Positions 51,336 to 64,000 of a DNA stretch of 64,000 bases are shown here, in pieces. The notes under the pieces are model-generated. The model worked only from the letters and a program-made list of their open reading frames with translations. It made no database searches and was not told the DNA's origin. Source of the DNA: Monocercomonoides exilis PA203 (Eukaryota; Protista; Preaxostyla); contig LSRY02000022.1 of assembly GCA_001643675.2 (NCBI GenBank), forward strand, positions 62,001 through 126,000, read 5' to 3'. Positions within the stretch are counted from its first letter, which is position 1, and the number at the start of each line of letters is the position of its first letter. Both the position numbers and the translations under genes were made by a program.

Positions 51336-52142
51336 ATGACTGCAACTGCTGATTGTTTGGAAATTTTGTTATGAACATTTCTGTTTTATTGCATATTTTT
51401 TTTTCCTTTTATTTTTAAAATCAAAATTGATTGAAAAGACAAGGAAGATCTTGTGCTTGGAACAGGCACTTCTGGAACAGTTATTCGAGTTATTCGTAAG
51501 TCAGACAAAAAGATATTTGCGTGGAAGAAATCGAAGCTAGAACGCGGAAGAATGAAGCGAGATCAAGAGGCCGAAGCAACTCTTCTAAAGAAGCAATACA
51601 ATTCTCCATTCCTAGTGCATATGCATGACTTAATATTTACTGCGAATACTCTTTTTATTGTTATGGATTATTGTGGAGGGGGTTCTCTTCGAGACAAACT
51701 TTTAAAACGAAAATCTACAACGCAACGTCCATTTTCAGAACCTGTTTGAAGAAATTTATGAATTAAATTAATATGCTTTATCTTGTGCATATTTTAGGAA
51801 GTTTATCTATATCTTACGCAACTGTTGCATGGAGTTGCAGCACTTCATCACGAGAATGTTTGCCACAGGGATCTGAAGCCTGAAAACCTTTTGTTTCATG
51901 AAGATGGATCAATAAGAATAAGTTTGTAACTTTTTCTAATAAATGATTTTTCATGTCTGTTTCGCAAGCCGATTTTGGGACGGCACAGCAACTTGAGCAT
52001 CCATCTTCAACAATGACCACATTTTGCGGAACAGGTCCTTATATTGCACCCGAGATTTTGAAAAAGGAAAAGTTTGCTTTTTCTTTTAAAAATTGCTGTT
52101 AAAATTGTTAATATATTATTTTGTATATTTATTTTATTTTTG

Positions 52143-52175
<33 letters not shown>

Positions 52176-55068
52176 GATTTTTATCATCAATTTATTAATT
52201 TGCGCTGTCAATTTCCAATTATTAATCAAAAATAATTATAAAAAACATAATAAATAATTAATAATTTCCACATCCGATTGCACTTTTCGCATGCCCCCCT
52301 CAGCTACACAAAGGCTGTGGACATCTGGAGTGTGGGTGTGGTGGCGTATGAGATGCTGACACTGAGATGGCCCTATCAAAAAGCAGATGGCTCAGTTGAT
52401 GTGGCAGCAGCAATAGAAAACAGGCCCATCGAATTCCCTTCTTCGTCTACGCAGAGCATCGTGACTGTGATCAGTGCAATGCTCAATGGGGTGTGTTTGT
52501 GTGTGGAAGAGATAAAGGAGAGAGAAGGAGAGAGAGAGAGAGAAGAATTGATGAATTGTGAGGTTTTTTCTTATTTTTGTTGAAAGTTTATGTTTTTCAA
52601 TTCTCAAAATTTTGATGATTATCATTATTATTGATCTATTTATTTATTCTCGTTATGAAATAATTTCTTTCTCTTATTAACTTTCTATTTCTTTTTCTTT
52701 CTTTCTCTCTCTCTCTCTCTTTTTTTTTTTTTTCACGCTTTCACAGTCCCCCTCACTCCGCCCATCTGCGGGTGAGCTCTTGGAGCTCCAGTTTTTCAAG
52801 CGCATTTCTTTCTCTCTCCAAAAGCGGCACAGCGGGATGTGCTGCAATCCTGACACGCCTTCCTTCTTTTCGGCTGCTCTGTGCAAAATATCTGACTCGT
52901 TTGAGAGTTTGAAGTCGAATAATAATAACAATAGCAGTAATAGTAATAATAGTAATAATAGTAATAATAGCAGTAATGATAATGATAATGATAGATATAA
53001 TGATAATAGCAGCAGTTGTTGTAGCAAAGGAGAATATTCAAATGAAAGGGCAACTTGCTCAAATAAACAGATTATAACTTCTTCTTCTTCTTCTTCTACT
53101 TCTTCTTCTTCAATTCCTCCAACACATCCGTCGCAACCTCCTCCTCTTCCTCCGTTTTCTTCTTCCTCCTCTTCTTCTCCTTCTTCCTCTTCCTCCTCCT
53201 CCTCTTCTTTCTCCTCTTCTTCTCTTTCTCCTTCTCCTTCGTCTTCTCTCGTTTCTGTTTGCGGACGCTTCGTCTTCCCCACAAAATGGCTTCCTTCTTC
53301 TGTTCCTCCTCATCCTTCTCTTTCTTCTTCCTCTTCTTCTTCCTTTTCTTCTTCCTCTTCTTCTTCCTTTTCTTCTTCTTCTCTTTCTCTTTCATCATCA
53401 TCATCATCTTCTTCTTCTTCTTCCAAACGTATTTTTCTTTGTCTTCTCAAACGCCCTCAAAATTCCTCTTTTCTTCTTCCTCTTCGCGAAACAATTCCAA
53501 TTCCTGGCTTAATCTTCAACAAAACTCATTTTGGATCGAATTTCAATGAAAGTGAAAGAGAAAGAGGAGAAAGAGGAGGAGGAGGAGGAGTAGGAGGAAG
53601 ATACATAAATATTATTTCTTCTTCTTCTTCTTCATTAAATAGTCAACAAAATCCCTTTTCTCCTTCTCTTTCTTCTCTTTCTTCTCTTTCTTCTTCTTCT
53701 TCTTCTTCTTCTTCTTCTTCATCATCCTCCTCTTATCAATCGTATCAACACCATCGTTCTCACACAATTGCTGACATTCATTCACAAACACCCCAATTCA
53801 CTCAACATCTGCCTTCTTCTTCCTTTTCGTCTTCTTCTTCTCCTCTTTCTCCTCTTTCTTCTTCTTCCTCCTCTTCCTCCTCCTCCTCCTCTTCTCCATT
53901 CTCTTCCATCTCTCCTCGTTATTCGATTTCTCGTGCTCCTTCTCGCCCTCCTCCGCCTCCTCCTCCTTCTCTTCCTTCTTCTGATTCCTTTTCTCCTCAT
54001 TCAGTGAAACATCCTAATTCTTCTTCTCTTTCTTCCTCTTCTCTTTCTTCCTCTTCTCTTTCTTCTTCTTCTCTTTCTTCCTCTTCCTCTTCTTCTGCTT
54101 CATCTTCTCCCCTTTTATCTTCTTCTTCTTCTTCTTCAGAAAATTCATCTTCCTCTTCAATATCAACATCTTCATCATCATCATCTTCTTCTTCTTCTTC
54201 CTCCTCCTCCTCTTTTCCTTCTCTTCCTCCGCCAAACAAACCACCAAAAACTCCTCCTGCCCTTCCTCGTTCTCATCCTCCTCCTTCTCTTCTTTCTTTG
54301 CATCCTTCTTCTTCTTCTCTTTCTTCCTCTTCCTCTTCTCCTTCTTTTTCTTTTACTTCTTCTTCTTCTTCTCTTCCGTTGCAATCATCATCATCTTCAT
54401 CATTTTCTTCTTCTCAGCCTTCTTCCTCTTCTTCTTCCTCTCCTTCATCTTCATCTTCATCTTCCTCCTTCTCTTCCTCTTCCACAGCACAATCAAACAA
54501 TCCTCTTTGTTTCCAATCAGAAAACGATTCGGCTAATCCTCTTCTTCCACACCCTGATGATATGAAGGAGAGGGAGAAGGAGATGGAGAATATAAAGCAA
54601 GAAGAAGAAGAAGAAGAAGAAGAAATTTTTAATCACAATAAACTTGAAACAAAATCAAATACAGAAATAATTTCAATGAGTTTTATAGCTTCATCGCCAT
54701 CATCCTCATCCTCACCTTCTTCTTCTTCTCCTTCTTCTCATCTTCCTCAATCAAACCCTTCAATACCATCACAACCTCCTCCTTTTAAACCCGAAATTCC
54801 ATCATCATCAGCTTTTTCATCAACATCTTCTTCTCCTTCTTCCTATAATTCTTCTTCTTCCTCTTCTTCTTCTTCCTCTTCTTCACCCTCTTTTCCCTCT
54901 TCCCCCTCCCCCTTCTCCCCACTCACCCTGTCTTCAGCTGTTGAGGCTGATCCCTTTGCGAGTCATTTGCAGTTTAATCAGAAAAGAAGCAGAGCTCAAA
55001 CATTTGCGTCTCTTCCTTCAAAACCTCCTCCACCTCTGCCGAAGAAGATGGATAAGAGGAAGGAATAA
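51336..55068 (+). CDS. Ser/Thr protein kinase (NEK-like) with a long Ser/Pro-rich C-terminal tail; 6 exons
   Basis: Exons 51336-51354, 51439-51743, 51798-51921, 51969-52071, 52304-52490 and 52747-55068 splice in frame at GT-AG. They give LGTGTSGTV, FAWKK, MDYCGGGSL, HRDLKPEN, TDFG, FCGTGPYIAPE, DIWSVG and LRPSAGELL. Confidence 0.9.
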
Positions 55069-57049
55069 ATAGGAAAGAAAAGTTTGAAAAGAATAAAATG
55101 AAAAAGAGAAATCAAAAGGAAAATATTAAAAGAAAGAAATAAAGTAATAATAATGAGAAAATTTTGATTGGATAGAAGGATGAATTGAGTGATGGAGAAG
55201 GAAAAGGAGAAGGAGAAGGAGAAGGGGATTTATTTCATATTTGTTTGAAATTTGTTTTATTTAATATTTTTAATTGGTTTGATTCTATTTTATGAAGATA
55301 TTTTCTTTTGAAATTTCATTTTATTTTTTTCTTTTTTTTTTCTTTTGAGCATACGAAGAGAATAAAGAGAAATATTATTTATTTTTCTTTTTTCTTTTTA
55401 TTTTATTTAATTATCGGTTATGTTGTTGCCCTGTTTATGTTTTTCGTTTGTTTTCTTTTTTTTTTAAGTTTTAAATATTTTCCAATAATTTAGTAAAAGA
55501 AAGTTTATTTTTGAGTTTATTTATTTCTGTTGAAATTTTAAAATTGCCTCTTTATTGTTATTTCCTTTTTTTTTTGAAAAGATGAAAAGTTTGTTCGAAG
55601 TTGTTTTCAATCGGTTGGATGAGAAAGAGAAAGAGATAGAGAAAAGATATTTTATTTTTTTGTTTTTGTTTTTTATTTTATTGATATCTGCAACGTATTT
55701 GCTGTATTCGTAAGAGTTCTGTTGGATCCCCTTTTGAGAACGAAAGATATTTTGGAGTTATGTTTTTGTTTTCCTTTGTTTAAATTTTTATTTTATTTTA
55801 TTCCAATGTTATGTTTTATTTTTCTTTTAATGAATAAATTTATTTTATGTTTGTAAAAACCTTCAATATTTTATTTGATTGCAAAGTTATTTACTGAAAA
55901 TTGCATTTATTATTTTCTTTTTCTTTTTCTTTTTCTTATTTGGATCAAATAATCATTTAGTGATTGTTAAACATTTCAAATTGTTCCTTTGAATTGAAAA
56001 AGATTCTGGTTTATTTCTTCTTGTTCAAAAATGATTATTTTTATTGCTATTTACACAATATTTTGAACACTATATTTGATTTAATCGTGTTTATTTTTTT
56101 ATGAAAATATATTGTTGGTTTTTCGCTCTTAAACATTTTCCACATATTTTTAAAAGAGAAAATCAAAATTTCACATTTATTTTCTCCCCTTTTTCATCCT
56201 CTTCATCCTCTTCATCCTCTTCATCCTCTTCATCCTCTTCTTTTGTTTAAAATTTTTCTTTTTCCAGATTTTGATTTATTGATTAATTTATTAAATTGTT
56301 ATTGATTCCAGTCCATTTTGGTAATTCCAATGGTGCTTTTTCATTCTTCTTTGCGTTTGAAAGGTCAATTAAAAAAAAAAAAGCTGTTTTTGCGAACGGC
56401 GTTGACTCATTATTCTGTCTTATGTATATCCTTCGTGTTGAGTAATATTTTATCCTCATCTCGTTGTTTTATTAATTGAAAAATGAATAAAATATATGGA
56501 GAATTCGAAATTAGTTAATTATTTATTTTTATTTTTTGATCAAATTTTTGTTCTTCAAAATTCAGGAATGAATAGATAAATTGTTAAAAAAAAAATATTT
56601 CAAAATAAACCGTTTATTTCAAGATCCCCCAGTAATTTTAAATAAAAGGCAGTGTTTTTTAAGAAAAACCAGTTTTTTTCAATTGTGACCTGAAAGTCTT
56701 CCACTTGTCAAAAAACAATATTTTGAGGGTGGAAGTCAAAAATGCATCAATAACAAATATTATGTAATATTTAAAACAAATAAAGCATTTTTATGAGTTT
56801 TATTACAATTTCGATCAATTTCCATCGAATGGGAAAATGAATCATTTTTAAAAAAAGATGAATTCAAACATGAAGACAAATGTTATGCAAACAATTGAAT
56901 CCATTTAAAAGTGAGTTTGTACTAATTTATGTTGAAATACACATTTTTTGAATTCAAAAATTTCAGTTTTTAATTGTGACAATAAAATATACAAAAACGA
57001 TTGATTCTGTTTTAATCAACAAACAATATAAAACAATACTATATATTTC

Positions 57050-58050
57050 TTAGTTATATTCTGAGTTATTCTGATTGAATAACATGAAGTTATGCAAATG
57101 ATCAAAAATATTTTCTTAATTATCCGGTGTATATTGTATGAAAACAAAAATATATTCAGAAACTTCATTATAACAAATGTTAATATCTGTTGTTAATATT
57201 TTCTAATAATATCATTTTCATTCTTTTAAAGTTTCTCTCATTCAGATTTTTTCAATGAGTATTGAATTTTTCTGAATGCAACGTTTTTGCTAAAAATTAA
57301 AGAAATTCAAAAAGATAAATATTTGGATGGTTTGACATAGTCATTGAAAGAATTCTTGAGTTTAACATATATTTCTTTCTTTTTTTTCGATAACAATAAC
57401 TATTTATGTTTGAACTCTGAAATCAGAAACAGCAGAAACAGAAAGTTATAAGAATGAAAAGACTGATTGATCTTTGTGAATGTTTCATTTATCTGAGCTC
57501 CATATTCAAATCAATATTACTTTTGATTTGAGGTGTTTGTCTTTTGAAAGTTGCGTTTGAAGAAAGAAGAAAATAATCAAGCTCAAAATGAAGTGGAATT
57601 GTCTAAGCTGATGTTGAGCAACGTTTATATGTGGAAAGTTTGTTATTGAATTATTTTTGTTTATTTATTGATTTCTTTCTCGCTGTTTGAAAACATGCTG
57701 AACAAGTATTGTATTTGAAGGAGATGACAGAAATCATTCAAAATCTTCAAGAACATCATAACAAAAAACGCCTTATTAATCAGTTTGTTTGACAGTTTTT
57801 GATAAGCAGTTTTGTTGGTAATGAGATTTCAATAATGTGATTTGGAAATGTTTCGTATTTTAGAAGAGAGGCAAAGGTTGAACAATCAGAGTTTGTGAAA
57901 AACGCGAATTGGAAGAAGAAGTGAAAAATAAAAGAGAGAAAAGAAGACAGAGCGATTTTTTGTTGGCTTATTGCGTTGAAGTTTAATCTCGACTATTTAC
58001 TTGAAGAATGAAGAATTCGAATGGTTTGTGGTCAACTTTTGAATGGGACT
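57050..58050 (+). pseudogene. Heavily decayed member of the family carried by the hAT-like elements
   Basis: Fragments KNEK..IDLCECF, LLKVA..KEENN, KEMTEIIQNLQEHHN and NANWKKK parallel the cargo at 13100-14470. Confidence 0.6.
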
Positions 58051-58704
58051 TTTTTCATTATTGGTTCTTTTTTTATTTTTGCATGCCAATCATTCAATAA
58101 AGCTAGATGGACCTCAACACTCGGATGAGGGTGTTTATAAAACAAAGACATTAAATTACAGGTTTGTTTTTTAAATTTTGTTTATTTTTCGTAGAGATAC
58201 AGCAAATTTTTTTATTTTTAAGTGACTTTTTTCAGCCGAGGAAGCATCTATCTATAATAATACTTTGAAACATGCATTTGGCTCCACATCTCAGATTTTT
58301 TTAATATTTTGTGCATGTGCTGTTCCCCATGTGTTGACCCCATATTCGACCCTTATTCCGCCTCATGCTCCCCACCTGGATGGATATAATTCAAAAAAGT
58401 CGAAAAAGACCAAAAATGTGACCCACAAATCTGGACTCCCAGAAGGCTCTGCAACTTTCTTTTATTTTTATTTTGAAAATTGGATTTTTCCCACACCTAA
58501 TACCAAATATTTCTGGAATCGCTTCAGCCGTTGTTTTTCTGTGATTTTTTCAACACGATTTTTTTATCATTTTTGACAAGAAAATAGATTTTCATTGAAC
58601 GAGTTTTTCATTAACTATTAACATGTATATCATGTGTTATTCTCCAAAATAATGTCAAATATTCTTTATTGAATCATATTCAATCATTCTGATGGTATTG
58701 ATAT

Positions 58705-61700
58705 GGGTCATTATTTTTCATATCGTAACTTTGTTCGAAGAAAGATCTTTTTTTTCATAATTGTGGTATGAGCAATAAAAAGCTCAAATATGTGTTAATA
58801 GGTGAAATGAAAAGGAAGTGTGAAGGAATTATTGAAAAATAAGTGAAATTGAGAAAATCTTGAAAATACCATTACAACATTTATTTTTTGGCAATTTTTA
58901 ATAAATGAATTATTTAGTATTACAACACCCAACAAGAGCAATTGTTGTTTGAAAATAATTATAATTTGAGTATGAATTAGTGTTATTACTTTTTTTTGTG
59001 ATTTGAATTAAACAACATCTGAAAATAAATGATTGATTGATTTATTACATTTTTGTGTAAAATAGCAAGGTTTATAATTTTTGTGGTTATCTTTTTGATG
59101 AAATAATTAATGTTATTAACGATGTATTTCTATTTTGAGCGATTTGAGATATTTATGCGAAGCATTGATAAACAAATATTCCATAAAAAAAGGAAAATCG
59201 AATTCGAAGCGAAGTCGAATATGCAGTTATTTGTGATTAATGTTGATTGATTTTAAAAATTGAATGAAGGATGAAGAGCTTGGGGATTGCAATCTTTTAT
59301 TGTATTGTGTTGTTGTTTCTCGTTGTTTTTTTTATTTGTTATTCGTTCCAAACATTGTGCATTATTTTATTTATTGAAATGGTTATTGTTTTTTTAAATA
59401 AATTCTTTTCTTATGTTAGAAAAAATCAATCTTTTCACTGAATTTTATAGAGATTTATCTTTTTTTTGAAAAGGTGAAATGATAAAATAAAAATCGAAAC
59501 ACTTGAATATGATGCCTCATTTCACATATGACACGGTTACGAAAAACAATGTTTTGTATTTTTTGAAGGCAGTGAACATATGAAATGAGAGAAAAAAACG
59601 AAACAGATAAAACAAATAAAAAATTCAAAGAAAAGCTCTAGAAATCATTGAAAGAAAAAAAGATTCAATAATGCTGTTTTGTTTCTTTTTTAATCAATTT
59701 GCAGCAATTTTTTGACAGAATAATTTCATGTTGCTCTGTTGTTTTGAACTTCATAGCGCTTTTTGAAAAGTTAAAACTCAGAAAAGAAAATGCTGAATTT
59801 GATTTATTTCTGATTTGCGACGCTTTTTAAGAATGGATCACAACATGAAACAATAAACAAAAAAGCCATAAAAAAACTAATATCAAATGAGATTCTACGG
59901 TTAATCTGATATCAAACGTGTGCTTTTGCAGCTTTTGTATTTTTCAGCAGAGCTTATTATTCCACTCACTTTCATTTTTCTTTCCTTTTATTCTCACTCC
60001 ATCATTCTCGCTTCCTCCTCTTTCTCTTTCTTTCCTCTTCTTGATTCTGCAGCTCAATAATTATGTCCTGCTCCAATTTCTTTTGCCACTCCCATTCCTC
60101 TTCTTCTCTTTGCTTCTCCCTTTTGTCCTCCCCTTATTTCGTTATGAACTTCTACAGGTTGCCTTGAAGCACTTTTCTCTTTTCCAGCTTCAGTGAATGC
60201 TTCACTGTCTGCTCTCTCGCAATGCACCACGCCTGGACCCCTTCTCTGAGAGTGATCTTCTCAAACACATCCTTCGCAACTTCAATTGAAAGATCAATTA
60301 TTACCGGCCTTTTTTTCATCTTCTCCTCATCTTTCATCCATCCTGCTCAGCTCCTCGACTGCCTCCTTTTCCAATGCTCCGAAATTTCCTCGTGTCCCTC
60401 AGTGACCTCTTCTCTCCTTCTGAGCTTATCGAACCAGATGTCCCATCGAGAGAAGATGACAAAGAATTGAAAAAAGCTGCCTGTGACAAAGCAGTTGAAG
60501 CTGGATGCTTCTGCTTCATCAGCCCCTGGTGCAGCATCAGATACACTTCCCTCATGCGCTTGATGCGCTTAAAGATGAATGCTGAATTCTTGGCCTCTGG
60601 TGCTTCTGCAGCTCCTTTGAGCTCCTTCTCTTTCTCTTCTTTGCATGCCTTCTTGCTCCATTTCTGCTCCAACTCCTTCCTTTTCTCCTCTTTCTCCTTC
60701 CTGATTCTTGAATACGACTTTTCTTCCATCTTGAACGTGCGTGTGAAGAACGGCAGAAGCTCCTCGTCTGACGTGAGAAGGTTCATCACAGACATCGACG
60801 GGTTTGCCTTCTACCCTGCTGCTGCTTTCCCCTGTGATGCACGATTCTGAGACACGTTGCCTTGCTGGCTCTGGTTCTAGCTCCGGCTCAGCTGCCCCAC
60901 TCCCTCTTCAGCACTTCCTTCGCTCTTCTCTTTATCATTTGCTGCCATCTTCTCGTTTTCTCCTCTTTCGGAGTCTGTCTGTTGGCTTCGTGGCTGTCCT
61001 GCTGTGTTTGTTTCGTTGACGGGATCAACTGCTCAATCTCATTGCTGTTTGCTTCATCAGCCTTCAGCATCGTCTGCTGCTGAATGAGAATATTCAGCTC
61101 ATCCTGCTCACTTTCCTCCTGCGAATCGCTCTCTCCCTCTGAACTCTCTTCTCTTTTTGCTTGTCTTCGTATTTTTGAAGCTTTTCAGAATTTTGCTGGC
61201 TTCCTTCGCTGCAACTGTCAGATGACGAGGCTTTCTGTACTGCTTCTTCATTCGCTTAGTCGCTTGCTCCACTTTCGCTTGCGTTCCCTTCTCCTTTCTA
61301 AGCTTTCCCTTTCTCCTTCAACTTCTCTTTTCTCCTTCTTTCCACGTCTTCTGGTGTGACGCTCGGAACCGATGCAATGAAAGATGAGATCTCCAACGGC
61401 TTCCCGCCAACATCTTCTTTGCCACAGATATTTTGTGCAGCTCTTCCTCTTCTTTCTCCCTTCTTTTTATCTCCTGCTGCTCTTTAAACTTCTTCATCTC
61501 ATCGTCGATCGCCTTCTGCCCAATCAACCTGATCGATGTGGGCTTTGCATTTCCATCTCTTCCTTTCTTCTTCAGAAACTCGTTCCTCTTCTTCTCATCC
61601 TGCTTCTCCAGTCTCTTCTTCTTCTTCTCTTTTCATTCTGTTTCATTTTCATAAACGCTGTCTTGTGTTTAATTCATCTGGCGATCCTTCTTCAAAGCTC

Positions 61701-62806
61701 TCAATCTATCAACAATTCCTTCAACAGCCTCAAAAAACTCACTTTTTGGCTTTCTCCATTTTCTCTTCTTCGCTTTCCTCCTCCTCTTCCTCCTCCACAT
61801 TCTCTTTCACTCCCCGTCTGCCCCATCCTCCCATTTCCTCCAAACAGTTTCCCACACACATTTCCACCCCTTCAAACCCCTTTCTGCGTGATGTTCCAAA
61901 ATGTCCCTCTGCACCCACCCAGCTCAAACACCCCCACCTCCTTGCCTCTCCCGATCTCCACACCACATCCCCTCACCACAACCACACTCCCCCTCAAATA
62001 AAACGCACTCCTCCCAATCATATCTTCAAACAGCTCAATCCATACCAACTCAACTGTCGTGTTCCTTAATTCCCTCATTTAAAAATGTTCATCTTCTTCC
62101 TTTTTCTTCATTTCATGGTGCCAATTGGCTGAAAACATCTAAAGAATAATCCTAATATCTAAATAATAAAACTGAAAAAAAAGTTAAATCCTTTTCAACA
62201 ATAGAAAAAGAAAAAAACAAACACCTCTGATTGTTTTTGTCCTTTAGAATTTTTCATTTTCGTCCATTTTCGTCTTAAAAAATATCAAAAATCCTTATAT
62301 AAATCCGTCAGCTCCGTTTTACATAATATTCCATTTGTTGTTTCATTACTTCGCATAAATATCTCAAATCGCTCAAAATAGAAATACATCGTTAATAACA
62401 TTAATTATTTCATCAAAAAGATAACCACAAAAATTATAAACCTTGCTATTTTACACAAAAATGTAATAAATCAATCAATCATTTATTTTCAGATGTTGTT
62501 TAATTCAAATCACAAAAAAAAGTAATAACACTAATTCATACTCAAATTATAATTATTTTCAAACAACAATTGCTCTTGTTGGGTGTTGTAATACTAAATA
62601 ATTCATTTATTAAAAATTGCCAAAAAATAAATGTTGTAATGGTATTTTCAAGATTTTCTCAATTTCACTTATTTTTCAATAATTCCTTCACACTTCCTTT
62701 TCATTTCACCTATTAACACATATTTGAGCTTTTTATTGCTCATACCACAATTATGAAAAAAAAGATCTTTCTTCGAACAAAGTTACGATATGAAAAATAA
62801 TGACCC
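58705..62806. mobile_element. 4.1-kb element with ~460-bp perfect TIRs, GGG...CCC termini flanked by AT(AT), carrying a decayed gene
   Basis: 58701-59162 is the reverse complement of 62349-62810. Junctions ATAT|GGGTCA and TGACCC|ATAT. No transposase recognised. Confidence 0.8.
59900..62270 (-). pseudogene. Decayed K/E-rich coiled-coil cargo gene of unknown function
   Basis: - strand ORF fragments 60152-60337, 60334-60795, 60888-61070, 61318-61527 and 61739-62078, separated by stops/frameshifts. A putative first exon (ATGGACGAAAATG...) near 62267 is followed by a GT-AG intron. Confidence 0.5.
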
Positions 62807-63411
62807 ATATAAATTTTATTTGAAGTTCAAAATTAGGCCTCTGCGACACACTTTTTTTGAGTGCAATTTGTCGGTCGAGAAATTATTCATTTGTCGAAAA
62901 TTTTGAAATGATTGTTTTTTCCCTAATTTTGCAATTCTTGAAAATATCTGACTTTCCTCAACTTCGCTGTTCCTATGTTTTTTTTTTTTTTCTTTTCTTT
63001 TTTTTTTCCTCACCATAATAATTATATTTTATGTGTTTTGAAAACAAATGAGAAATTTTTGAAAAAACTGGAGAAGATATATGAAAGGAATCAAACAGAT
63101 TGTTGTGTTCAAAAAAATACAATGATTTGGAATGGAAGTTTTTTAGGATATCATTGCTGCTGATGTGGATTTGATTAATAGAGATAATTTTAACGTTGTT
63201 ATTTTAAATGCTCTAAGAAAATTTTCTCATGAATAAGAATTGTTCTATTCATCATCTTCTTCTTCTTCCTCTTCCATTTCACCAGAACCTTTGCTTCCGC
63301 CCACTTCAACATGGCCATCTTCCATTGACACTCAATATCCATTTCGTACCACTTCATCAAAGCATCTCACATTACTCTCCACAACTCTATCTTTCATATT
63401 ACAAGTGCCTT

Positions 63412-63555
<144 letters not shown>

Positions 63556-64000
63556 TCCAGTCCGCAGATCCCTCTTCTCCCAGCAGGTGCGCCGGATGAT
63601 TCTTCTCCTCCGCTTTATGCGTGTTTTGGGGCAAGGCTCCATCCTCAGCCGCAAATTAGCCTCAAATTCATCACCTCTTCTGTCTTCTGATGACCCCCAC
63701 TTAGTCACAGCCTCTCATTCGTCTATTCCCTTTTTGAGACCTCTGGCTGCATTTACACAGAAAATAATAATTATAAAAGTTATGGTAATTATAAAAATTT
63801 TGCAGGCAGAAAAATTGTTTCTGGAAGGATAAAAAGAGAAAGTTCGGGGGAATATTGGATGATTGATCCACAATTCAAAGGAGTTTATGAAGGAGGCAAT
63901 GAATTAAGATCAGTTTCCTTAAATAATACTGAAATCACTTCACTTTCATCACAATCAATGTCATCATCATCATCATCCTCATCGTCGTCATCATCATCAT

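Overview
AT-rich eukaryotic DNA with short GT-AG introns, TCT/TTC low-complexity tracts and expanded gene families resembling an oxymonad such as Monocercomonoides (organism is an inference). The window is dominated by mobile DNA: two decayed pogo/Tigger-like DDE_1 transposons, several foldback MITEs, a decayed DIRS-like tyrosine-recombinase remnant, two near-identical 3.48-kb hAT-like cargo elements (8-bp TSDs) in inverted orientation within a nested cluster, and a 4.1-kb cargo element with 462-bp TIRs. The most notable feature is a ~4.5-kb element with 787-bp perfect TIRs. Each TIR encodes an intact 70-aa basic protein, and the centre holds one decayed AEP primase-polymerase/SF3 (D5-like) helicase fusion gene with no transposase, integrase, PolB or capsid. 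It is a candidate integrated linear plasmid/transpoviron-like replicon. Host genes include a ~13-kb type I membrane protein gene with ten near-identical 1119-bp repeats (five carry a +1 A in one homopolymer) and a six-exon NEK-like Ser/Thr kinase. All alignments were done by eye; no database searches were run.
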